A model generated the notes under the pieces. It did no database searches. It saw only the letters and a list, made by a program, of their open reading frames with translations, and was not told the origin of the DNA. 64,000 nucleotides of DNA. It comes from the human T2T-CHM13v2.0 reference genome, Homo sapiens. The translations under genes were made by a program, and so were the position numbers. This document shows positions 52,041-64,000 of this stretch, in pieces; the first letter of the stretch is position 1; each line of letters starts with the position of its first letter. The DNA is taken from assembly GCF_009914755.1 (NCBI RefSeq), contig NC_060926.1; one strand, 5' to 3'.

Positions 52041-52345
52041 CAGGGGTTGGCAAACATTTTCTCTAAAAGGCAGGATAGTAAATATATGAGGGGTTGGTGG
52101 ACAGCTACTCAATTCTGCTGGTGTAGTGCAAAAGCAGCCATAAACAAGACATAAACAAGTATGGCTGTGTTCCAATAAAACCTTGTTTATGGAAACAAAT
52201 TATAATTTTGCACAGTTTTCACCTTTCATTAAATATTCCTTTTCTTTTGATTTTAAAAATGTAAAAAACATTTTTAGTTCACAGGCCCTTCAGAAACAGG
52301 CAACAGGCTGGATTTGGTTCATGGGTTATGGTTTGTTGAACCCTG
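52041..52345. mobile_element. MER58B (hAT-Charlie)
   Basis: TIRs caggggttggcaaac / gtttgttgaaccctg; 8-bp hAT-type TSD atgtagct/gtgtagct. Confidence 0.88.
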
Positions 52346-53439
52346 GTGTAGCTTAAAAACAACAGTTTTAAAGTTCTAAAGTGATTATAACTGTATACAC
52401 CCGAGTTTTTCCTTCCTAGAAAATGAAATCGAACACTAGGACAGCATTTCAAAGCTTTTTTCATCCATACATTAATGAGGAGGCAAATGATTCCATTTAA
52501 GAAATAAGAGGAAACTGCTAGTTGGTTTGTTAAAGTTATTCTCAAGTTGTCACCATTTCACAGCATAGTAGTATTATTAAATCTTAATTACATTCTGTAT
52601 ACACTAAAGGGCTTTTTATTTTAAGGTTAACAGCCCTAAAGGACCTTTATTATTGTAGTGTGACATTACATATTCAATATGCTTTGGAGCCAAGACACAC
52701 TTACTTGAGAATTTAGAGAAAGCATTCCTCTAATTATACCACACTATACTCATTTAATTTTTTGTTATAAATGATAGAAAATACATAAGATGGAATTCTA
52801 TATAAAAACCAAATCATGAACTTCTACTTAATTCTAAACTGGGTGTAGCTTTGCTTTTCAAGTATTCCTCAATAGGATAAAAACAAAAGACAAGACCAAT
52901 TTATCTAATAGGTCTGGCTTCCCATTTACAAAAATGAGCTGGAGTTTCCTTAGTGGCTGCTAAATTCACCTTTCATTATTCTATTCCCTCTGCCAATTTT
53001 GTCAACTCAATACTTAAAGGTGGAATTTGAGACGTAGATGTTTGACCAGTCCAGTTGAGTAATTGGTGCAGTGCCTGTCTATTCACAGAGAGGTCACTAG
53101 ATGAGCTACAGAGGTTTCACTTAAGCTCCAAGCTCTTTCAATCATTAACATTTTTTAAAAAGCTGCTGAAGACATAAGCAAATAGATATAAAACAATAAG
53201 CAGGCAAGTAAAACTTGGATTTTTTCCTACTTTATATCATTAGTATTACACTGCTCCAAAAGTTTTGTGTTAATACACACAATCTCACCAAAAACCAAGT
53301 CACTTAATATATACTAAGTGGTTACCATGTGATTGGCACACTGAGAACAGTACCTGTACTTACTGAATTTATAGACTATGGAAGACTGACAAACAAGCAA
53401 TTATATTAAAATGAACTACAGAATCCTATGGATTAAAGT

Positions 53440-53442
<3 letters not shown>

Positions 53443-53478
<36 letters not shown>
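53443..53478. repeat. (GT)18 microsatellite
   Basis: Read directly from the sequence. Confidence 0.98.
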
Positions 53479-53480
<2 letters not shown>

Positions 53481-53992
53481 TGGGTGGGGGAAGTGTCAAC
53501 GAAAGCTTCTTTGAAAAATGATGTTTATACTTCTAATTGACGAATGAGTCAGAAGAATAAGCCAGAAAGAGAGAAAGGGAAAAAAGTGTTCCTGGAGGAG
53601 ACAAAGAGGCTGAATGGAAAAAAAGGCATCACATATCCTAAGAATCTGAAAGAAGTTCTCCATGGCTGGAACTTGAGGTGTAAAGTACAGGGCTGACAAG
53701 AGATGAGGCAGGAAAGCTTCATAAATTATGTTAAGGTATTTGTACTGTAGCGACCATAAGAGTTTTAGATATTTTGGAAGTTGTACTGCAGAGAGTAAAG
53801 AAAGGGAAAAATTAAAATTGAAAAGATCAGTCAGAATCTGAGACGTATTTAGGAGGTTTAAGCTGGAAATTAATTGGATATGGGTGATAAAGAATAGGAA
53901 GGAAAGAAGGCTGATACAAAGTTTCTAACCTGGGTAACTGGTTTGACAGTGGTTTCATCTGTGAGAGAGGGAACATAAGTAGATGGAATAAA

Positions 53993-54674
53993 CAGTACAT
54001 CATTATTCACAGATTCTGTATTTGTGAATTTGCCTACTTGCTAAAATTTATTTGTAAACCCAAAAGCAATACTCATAGTTCTTTCATAGTCATTCAACAG
54101 ACATGTGCAGAGGGGTGAAAAATTTGAGTTGCCTAATGCACATGTTTCTAGCTAAGGTTTAAACAAGGCAATGCTCTGCCTTCTTATTTTAGTTTTCATA
54201 TTGTAAACGGGTGTCATTTTCATAGTCTATCCAGTGCCACATTTTTTACATTTTTGCACTTTTTGTTGATGATTTTGCTGTTTAAAATGGCCCCCAACCA
54301 TAGTACCAACGTGCTGTCTAGTGTTCCTAAGCTCAAGAAACAATATGTGCCTTTGAAAGAAGGCACAAGAAAACTGTGATGTGCCTTACAGTGAAAACCA
54401 ACATGGTAGATAAAACTCCTCTCAGGCATGAGTATAGTGCTGTTCGCTATGAGTTCAATGTTAATGAATCAACAAGATATATTAAATAACATGTCCTTAA
54501 GCAGAAACACTCATAAATCAAGGTTATGCATTCATTGGTTGATGAAAATGTGACCAGAAGCTCACAGGAAACTAAACCTGTATTTCTCCTAAAAGCAATG
54601 GCTCAGTATTCGCTCACTCAGTGTTTCCAGTGACTTTATAGAACATAACTATCACAAATAATGAGAATTGACTA
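53993..54674 (-). mobile_element. TcMar-Tigger non-autonomous element (MER82-like)
   Basis: Degenerate TIRs (cagt..cattattcac / caaataatgagaattgact); the reverse end matches my recollection of MER82 (tagttatgttctataaagtc); about 680 bp. Confidence 0.75.
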
Positions 54675-55958
54675 TATTTGGGAAGATTAATAATGATGAC
54701 TTCTGTACTGGGCATATTTAATTGATGACTTCCAAGTGCCAAGTGTTTGGGAACTGACATATTTGCGTCTATAGCTTAAGAGAATCATAATCATTAGCAG
54801 AGAGATAGTAATAAAGGCCCTTAGAGAAAGGGCTCTAAGAAATGCTTGTAGAATTAAAGTACAAAAGAACCTAGCACAAAACTCCAAAGGACATGGGCCA
54901 TGAGGAAATGTGTGGCTCTTTCTGATAACTCAAACATAACTTTGAACATCAACTACTTAGAAAAGACTTTTCTACTACTCAGCTTAAAATGGAAAATTTT
55001 CCCTAACACATAACCCTTTTAATTCTTCAGTTAGCACGTATCTCCATCTGATATTGTTTACTGTCTGTCTCCTCTTGTTAGGATGCAAGCTCCATGAGAA
55101 AAAGTCTCAGTTTATCTTGTTTATTGTTGTATTCCCAACTCCTACAACAATGCCAGACACATAACTGGTATGCAATTTTCAATAAATGATCAAAAGTGTG
55201 AATAAATTATTAATCTATAATTTATTATAAGCCTCTACTTTCATATTTGCCCTTCATCTCCTACTGCAATAATCATTTACTTGTAAGTATTCCTATTCAT
55301 CTCCTCATGTAATTTTTCGATCTCCATTTATTCTTCTAAAGTTTTTTGTTCCTGTTTCATAGAGGCAATTCTTTTTAAGAATTTTCTTTTGATTCCTATA
55401 GAAAATCACTTTTAGCATCACATTTCTTCTGGATTTTTAGGATGATGTTCTTTGATCCTTTCTATTCAATACATTTTCTCAGACAACATTTTGTTTTGTT
55501 TTCCCATTTACTCTATTTTGAATGAGAGGAGCTTTCAGGCTTGGTTTGTGGTTTGCATTTAGCCCATTCACCATTTATCTGGCTATAGATCTAACATCAT
55601 TATGGAAGTGGCAACTCATAGGTTGATGTGCCCAGGTCCAAAGACATGCCAAAGGCAATCTACAAACTGATTTCAGCAACCAGCAAGCAATTGGCCTATA
55701 AAATATGAGCAAATATTCTCCTGCCACACAGTTGCCAGTGTTTAATAATCTGAACTTCTTAAACTGAATAAAAACCAGAGTTAATACAGGATCTTCCTAT
55801 ATGTGCTCTTGTATGGCACTATTATTTTGAATATTCTCCAGCACAGGATGAACTGTACAGCCACCAGCAGTACCCCAATTCCCCAATTCCCCAATTCCCC
55901 TTATCCCATACTCTGAGAGCTTAAAATGGAAACTCCACACACCACAAGGGTTGCCAAC

Positions 55959-56358
55959 TGCTATGGTCTGAATGTGTCCCCCAAAATTAACATGTTAAAA
56001 CTTAACCACCAACATAGTAGTAAGAGATGCGGCCTTTAAGAGGTGATTAAGTGATGAGGGTAGGGCCCTCATGAATGGAATTGGGACCCTATAAAACAGT
56101 TTGAGGGAGTGGGTTTGCACCCTCCCATCTCTTCTGCCATGTGGGCAGAAGAGTTCCTCCCCTCCATTCCTCCCTCTGGAGGATAAGGCAATAAGTTGTC
56201 ATCTAGAAGAAAAGAGCAGCCTTCACTAGACAAAAGAACCTGTTATTGCCTTGATCTTGGACTTCTCAGCCTCCAGAATCCTAAGAAATAAGTCTCTATT
56301 GTTTATAAATTACCCAATCTGTGGTATTTTGTTATACCAGCACAAATGGACTAAGACA
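55959..56358 (+). mobile_element. MST (MSTC/D-like) MaLR solo LTR
   Basis: tgctatggtctgaatgtgtccccc...ataaattacccaatctgtggtatt...aaatggactaagaca. Confidence 0.85.
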
Positions 56359-56605
56359 CTGGCTAATGTATTCATAAATTCAGGATCCTATTTTCAAGCT
56401 AGAAGGCATACAGTGGGAAAGGTAAAAAATATCTTCTGACTTACAGTTTGCTCTGTTTATAACAGCAAAACACATCACCTAACAGCTAGATTTCTCAATC
56501 CAGTCAATTGGCCCAACAGAGAAAATTTTACTTAAATTCAGACAAAATGTTAATTATCAGCCTTACTTATTAATGGTGTAACTTTTCAGATTTTTATGCA
56601 TCTAA

Positions 56606-56999
<394 letters not shown>

Positions 57000-58455
57000 T
57001 AACCTAAATACTAAAGACTGTATTATTATAAAGAAATCTCCACAACAATTTTTTTTATCATTTAGTTAAAAAGAAATGATATAAGAAGGGCTAAATAACC
57101 ACAGCACATATCCTATATTTCCTTAGTGGCCAAACAAGAGAAAAAATATTCTCCAAGCCCTGTTAAGCTCTTCTTCAATTCACTGGCTACTTGATTTACT
57201 AAATTCATATTTAATTTAAATATTTAATATTATATCACACCCTATGTACTACCTGGGGAAGGGCGCAAATGGTCAAATGCTCCAAAAGCCATTGCTGTTC
57301 CCGAAGTCTAATAATTAATCCTATCACTGGGTTTTATCAAAAAATAACACACTTCTCAGGCAACATTGGAAATAGTTTCTTTTTTTTTAACCTTTTGTTT
57401 ATAGCTGTGTTTTCTACGTTGTTTATCTTTTTAAGTCATTTATTACAAAAGTAAAATATGTGACTTGTAGAAAAACTAGATAACACAAATTGGGCAAAAA
57501 GAAAAAATGAAAGCCATTCATGATCTCATAATGCTTACTTTTTGATGTACTCCCTATTCAATATATTTTCTCAGATCTCGTTTTGTTTTATACTGTTCTG
57601 TTTTCCCAACTCTATTTTAAGCAAGATGACATCTTTCTAGATCATACTTTCTTTCAGGCTTTGTTTGTGGTTTGCATTTAGCCCATTCACCAAGATCTAA
57701 TATCCTTACAGACTTTCCCCTTTTCTAAATAGATAGCTATTTCACATGTAATGTACATATACACGCATATAAATAAGGTCATATTCTATATACTCTTTTC
57801 ATTGAACTTTGCATACAAAAATCTTTTCTCCAGCATCATAATTTAGCATGATCCACTTTCACTCCACAACAGTGTTCCAACTCCTTTTCTTCCAACACAT
57901 TGCTACAAACTGTCACCATACAAATGCTAGAACTAACATGGGCTCTGAATGAATGCTTAAAAATAAAAATAAAAACACAAGTGACAACTTTGAATTCTTC
58001 TCCATGTGTCCAGACACTTGTCTGGATAAAAACACAGGCCACTCAATATGGGCAAATGAATGAGGCTTGTTTTTGCATATAAAAGTAGTAAAATTTACTA
58101 CTAATAAAACTCAAAGCTGAATTTTAGCTGCTGTAGGTTACAAATGTACACCAGTAATCAAATAAGTCAGAATCACATGATCCCATTCTTGGGAGAGAAA
58201 GAAACGGCCAGATGAAACACCTTTCCAAGGATTTCCTTTTCTTCATGAAATGTGACAATGTTCATCATATACACAGACATCCAGAACATTTCAAACCATT
58301 ATTGAGCTCCATGCCTCTAAACATTAGTGGCATCTTACATCCTTATTTTTGCAGGGAAAAAAAATTTATACTGAGAAATACTACTTCATATGGGCAATAT
58401 ATCTACACAGCAGGCAGAAAGGGACAGACCTTATATTCTCTTCATTAAGATTTAC

Positions 58456-58786
<331 letters not shown>

Positions 58787-59472
58787 CTAAACAGCTCCTT
58801 ATCTACTGGCTATTTCCTGGTAGACATTGGTATGGGGTCTATTGGAGAGTGGGCTGAGTTCTTCACATCTGTCACAATAACAGAAAATTAACTCTTGGAT
58901 TGAGAAGCAACTAAGGACAACCATACAAAGAACAAGGGAAGGGAAAGGAAGAAGGGAAGCACACACCATTATTCTTCCGCTTCTGCCTACAGGAAGCAAT
59001 ATTTCCACTAGGTCTTGGGGAAAGCCTGTAATTTCACCACCCTGACTGCAGCTGGAACTCCCTTTTAACTGTCACGGCATCCAAGTGAAGACAGGTTTAT
59101 ACAGAGTTTAAAAAAAAAAAAAAAAAAAAACTGAAAGGGCCATTTTAATTTGCTTCCATGTGAAAAGGGGAGTACTTTTCATACAGCCCCATAATGATGT
59201 TCAGCGGGATATTACACTTCACCATATGGCTAATTTGCACAGCAGGCTCAAAGCAGAATTTTCTTTCATTAGAACTGCCCTAAAGATTAGACTACAAAAA
59301 TATGTGAAAAGAACAAACCCAAGATGCCCCCTATTGCTTAAATCTAGGAACACTGAATTCCCAGATGTAAAATCCAATTCACAGTGTTCCCATGACAAGG
59401 TCATTCAAGAGTCATGATGGTATGTGTCACAGCTCCATTTCTATGTATTAGGGCTTTGAAAAATGTCTAAAC

Positions 59473-59726
59473 CACAAGTTTACCTATATAATAAACCTGC
59501 ATGTGTACCCCAGACCTTAAAATAAAAGTTTAAAAAAACTTAACTGTATGTTTTAAAATAACTTAAAAAATGTAACTGGATTGTTTGCAACTCAATGAAT
59601 AAATGCTTGAAAGGATGGATACCCCATTCTTCATAATGTGCTTATTTCACATGGCACACCTATACCAAAACATCTCATGTACCCCACAAATATATACACC
59701 TAGTATGTACCCACAAAAATTAAAAA
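59473..59726 (+). mobile_element. Composite L1 insertion: L1PA13-16-like 3' tip plus L1MA1/2-like 3' end inside one TSD
   Basis: Perfect 15-bp TSD gaaaaatgtctaaac at 59458-59472 and 59727-59741; two different L1 3' termini, each ending in an A-rich tail. Confidence 0.85.
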
Positions 59727-61789
59727 GAAAAATGTCTAAACTTCAAGAGCCACAACATTGTCAAAACACCTCACAAAAAAACTGTATATGGAGAAAGGAT
59801 ACTTGCTTTGATAGATAATTTATCATTAAAAATATCATTACTTCCAAAGGCCCCAATTCTTGTTATCACTCAATTAGCCTACAGAACTAATCTACATAAA
59901 CTAGTGACCCTTATTTGAAGAGAGTAGAGGCAGTCTGATGTTCTAACAGAGCCCTGTTTATTTTTAAGGTTCCCTTATAACCTGTTTGTCTTGGCATTTC
60001 CTCCTGCTGCTATATCCCAAGCATGAGCCATAGGAGAGCATCCCCTCCGGGGACCGACAGAGTCTGCAGAATTTTAAAAAAAGAAAAGAAAGAAATCTGA
60101 TGTTTGATGATTATGGAGTAGTTGAGTCTGTGCTTTTGAAGAAAGTAAACATTATGATTAACAATCTTGGCCTTTGTAATTAGCTTCCCCTTTCCAAGAC
60201 AGAGTGTTAATTTATTAAATATTTTAACAAAGAGTCTTTTATTATCAGATTCAGTTTGGCTGGCTCCTTTCATAGCATTACCAATTACAACCAATAAAGC
60301 TTTAATTGATGACTACTTTTTATAACCTTTGACCCAAGATGATAAACAGTTGTAACTTAGAAGCGAAAGGGTAAACCTCAAAGGGAATGGTTCTTAATCA
60401 TACTTAGCAAACCAAACTGCTTAAAATTACAACTTACCTACCTGGCTAGAACAACAACAACAACAAAGGCAGACTTCCTCAATGATGAAGGTTAATTCAT
60501 TAGAAAAAAAATTTGGATTTCACTTTTAAGATAAGTATCCCTTTTGTTAGGGAAACCCTAACCTGAATTATCTGCATATAACTGTGCACCTTAATTACCT
60601 AATTATTCAAAGAATATGATTTAATCAATTTGTAGACAAGAACATTTTTAATATAAAACAAATAAGGTGCAAGTTATTTTACTATTTAAAAAAATCATTA
60701 AGACTAAAATTACATCTCCCCACCACCCCCAAATCCCATCATTTTCTTCAGCGGTCCATAACATACCAGTTACAACTAAGGGTATGTGAGAACAGAAATA
60801 AACCAAATTATTTGCCCAGAAATAGGACACCAAAAATTCTTAACTGAGTGTCTGCATATGATGAGAAAGGAGAGTCATTGCTTTTATTACCATGAACAAA
60901 ATGAGGCTTTTCTATATTTTCTCCAAAGAACTATTCCAAAAGTTGGTAGTTTTCTAAAGTTATTATTCATATACCCAATTTCACACTTGCCAATTTTTAA
61001 GTCTTTTCTGACCTAACTTACACTTGTCAATCTTCTAAACTGCTAAGGTAATTCACAGTTTGGAAGTTTAAAATTTTCCAGACAAATAACTTAATCTGTT
61101 TCACGTTGCCAAAAGGAATAGAGGCTCTGAACAATTTCTAAAGGGCCAATAGGAAAATGTGGCATTTAAAAATGTAAATTAAAATAATACCAACATGTTA
61201 CAGATGAAGGCAGTGAGAGATTGTTAATAGTCCTCATAATGGAAAGTACTGGCTTAAACAGAAGGTACAGTATAAGATTTTATACAAAAAAAAAACTAGG
61301 CATATAGCTTCTAAGTGACTTCCCATGTACATAAGGAAGTCAATGCCAGGAAAAGCACAAAATCTGAGGCTCAAAGTACTTTATAAACTGAGAGCTATAC
61401 ATGTTATTTTTATGATATATAAATGTATGTAATGGATATTTTATTAAAGACACATGGCTTCTCCCAGCATCTCAAAATCACATTTGCTACACATACACAC
61501 ACAAAAATAGCCTTTTGTATAGTTAAGTGAGGGTTGGGGAAATCTCGTATAAATAATCTATTCCTTCACTCCCCTCATTAACAGAAACTGTACAGAAACT
61601 GACCAATTTAGAATCTAAGAATAAATAAATCTGTCATACTGAACTTCAGCTGTTCAGAAAATGAGACAGAATATGTAAAAACAGAGAAAGTGGATAAATA
61701 TTAGATCTATATCTGGTAAATAATGTAAGAATACAGGTGAAGAGAAAAAAGCAAACTAAAAGCTGAATAAAATTTGCTTCATCAGCAAT

Positions 61790-64000
61790 TTTTATTCAGA
61801 TTTTTCATTATAATTAATTATAGATTCACATATAGTTATAGGAAATAACAGAGACAGACCCCATGTGCACTCTATCCAGTCCCCCAAATTTAAACATCTT
61901 AGGAAACTATATTGTGCACAATATTCACATCCAGGAAACTGATATTGATAAAATCAAGACGCACATTTCCAGACTACAAGGATCCTCAAGTTGTCTTTTT
62001 ATAGCCATATCGACTGCTCTCCATCTCTACTTCCTAATTCACTGCTAAGAACCACTAACCTCTTCTCAATTTCTATATCATTTCCATATTCATTTCTATG
62101 TAACATATAATTTTGTCATTTTAAGAATGTTACAAAAATGAAATTAATGGGGTATCCATCCTTTCAAGCATTTATTCATTGAGTTGCAAAAAATCCAGTT
62201 ACACTTTTTAAGTTATTTTAAAACATACAGTTAAGTTTTTAGGAGTACGGAAAGGAGTATGTAACCTCTTTTGATTAGCTTATTTCACTCAGCATAAATC
62301 TCTAGAGATTCATCCAGTTTGTTACATATATCAATAGTTCTTTCCTTTATATTGCTGTGTAGTATTCTATTATATCAATGTACCACAGGTATTTAACAAT
62401 TCACCTGTTAAAGAACATCTAGGTTGTTTTCCAGTTTGGGGCTATTATAAATGAAGCTATTATAAACACTCCTGTGTAGTTTACTGCCTGAAATCTACTT
62501 ATTTTCATATCATTTATTTTTATTTCTCTGGGACAAATGCCTAGGAGTGCAACTGCAAGGTCATATGGAAGTTGTTGCTTAATTTTTCAAGAAATTGCCA
62601 AATTGTTTTCCAGAGTGACTATGCCATTTTACATTATACTATTTTATATTCTTACCAGCAACCTCACGAGCATTTGATGTCACTATTCTTATAGCAGTGT
62701 AGTGACTTTAATTTTAATTCCTCTAACAACTAAGGATGTTGAGTATCTTCTCATGTGCTTATATGCTATCAGTATATCTGCCTCGGTGAATTGTTTCTTC
62801 ATGTCTTTTGCTCATTTTCCTACTTGCATTGTTTCTTTTGTTTTTTGTTTATTTGTTTTACTGATGAGTTCTTCAAAGTATTTATATATTCTAGATACAT
62901 AAGGACTCATTTCCTGGATATATGATTTGCAAATATTTTCTCCCACTCCACTGTATCTTTTACCCTCAGCAGAGTCTTCTGTAGAGTAAAAGTGTTTAAT
63001 TTTGATGAGGTTCAGCTATCCAATTTTTTTCTTTTACACTGAAAGAAAGTTAGTACTTTTAGAGGGAAATTTAAGAACTCTGCCTACCCTTAGATTCTGA
63101 AGATTTTCCCCTATTTTTTTCTAAATGGTTTGAAGTTTGTATAGTTTTGCATTTAAGTTCATAATCCATTTTGTATAAAATGTAATAATAATTTCTGCAT
63201 AAAATGGGAGGTTAGCTCAAAGTTCTATCACGCTCATTCTCGCTCTCTCTTTGGTCTATGGCTGTTCAATTCTTCTGACACTATGTGTTGAATTATTTTT
63301 GTCTAATATTTTTGTGAATCTATTCCTGGGTTCTCTATTCTGTCCCACTCATCTAACAGTCTAGACTCTGCCAATACCATGCCATCTTGATTGCTATAGC
63401 TACATAATAAGTCTTGAAATTATATGAGTTAATTTCTCCAATTTATTCTTCTTTTTTTAAAATTTGTCTTAGCTATTCTAGCTATTTTGCCTTTCAATAC
63501 AAATTTTAGAATAATCTTGTTTGTATCTACAAAAAGCTTGCTGGAACTTTATAGGAATTTCATTAAATCTTTGTAAAAACCTAGGAAAAATTGGTATCTT
63601 TACTGTGTTAAGTCTTCCAATCCACAAACACAGTATGTCCCTCCATCTATTTACATATATGATTTTATCGATCAGCATTTAGTAGTTTTCAGCATACAAA
63701 TTCTGGAGATTTTTCTTAGATTGAAACTAAGTATTTCTTTTTGTTAAACAATCATAAATAATATTATATTTTAAATTTTGGTATCTACATATTCATTGTG
63801 AGTATACAGAAGAACAATTGATTGATGTATGTTATCCTATATCCTGCCATCTTGCTGCACTCACTTATTAGTACTAGGAAGTTTACTTCTTAGTCCTAGT
63901 ACTGGATTCTTGAGGATTTTCAATATAGACAATCAGCAGGTTATTTGCAAATAACACAGTTGTATTTCTTCCTTTCCATTCTGCATGCCCTTTATCTCCT
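61790..64000 (-). mobile_element. Old L1 (L1MB/MC-type) 3' UTR and ORF2, running off the window
   Basis: ORF 63478..63678 is degenerate ORF2 (WRDILCLWIGRLNTVKIPIFP); L1M 3' UTR motifs. Confidence 0.8.

Noticed and set aside
57253-57307. Possible 55-nt cryptic exon (donor CAG|gtagta)
   Set aside because: The acceptor lacks a pyrimidine tract (gattaattattag); too weak to support.

Overview
Primate (most likely human) AT-rich, repeat-dense genomic DNA lying inside one large minus-strand gene, EXOC6B (SEC15L2, exocyst subunit 6B). Ten internal coding exons were read directly from the sequence, between 50085 and 171. All have canonical AG/GT ends, and they splice into one open 1065-nt (355-aa) frame running from GARETFENYYRKQ to STFAVFTHLP. 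By recall these are exons 9-18; that numbering is unverified. The rest is intron: about 18 Alus, nested L1s, L2/MIR, five MaLR solo LTRs, MER58A/B, MER82, MADE1 and microsatellites. Nearly all ORFs in the supplied track are Alu/L1 or chance artefacts. I found no new gene system. The most unusual signal is three short, near-identical duplicated segments (54 bp direct, about 150 bp direct, 95 bp inverted), each 2.1-2.6 kb from its partner, which look like locally templated repair insertions. Other notable items are a chimeric or 3'-transduced L1 insertion, a 40-bp TSD-flanked mini-retroinsertion, a distant-branch-point acceptor, a stacked AG/GT splice motif and motif-dense candidate enhancers. 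Repeat subfamily names are recognised from memory and their boundaries are approximate.
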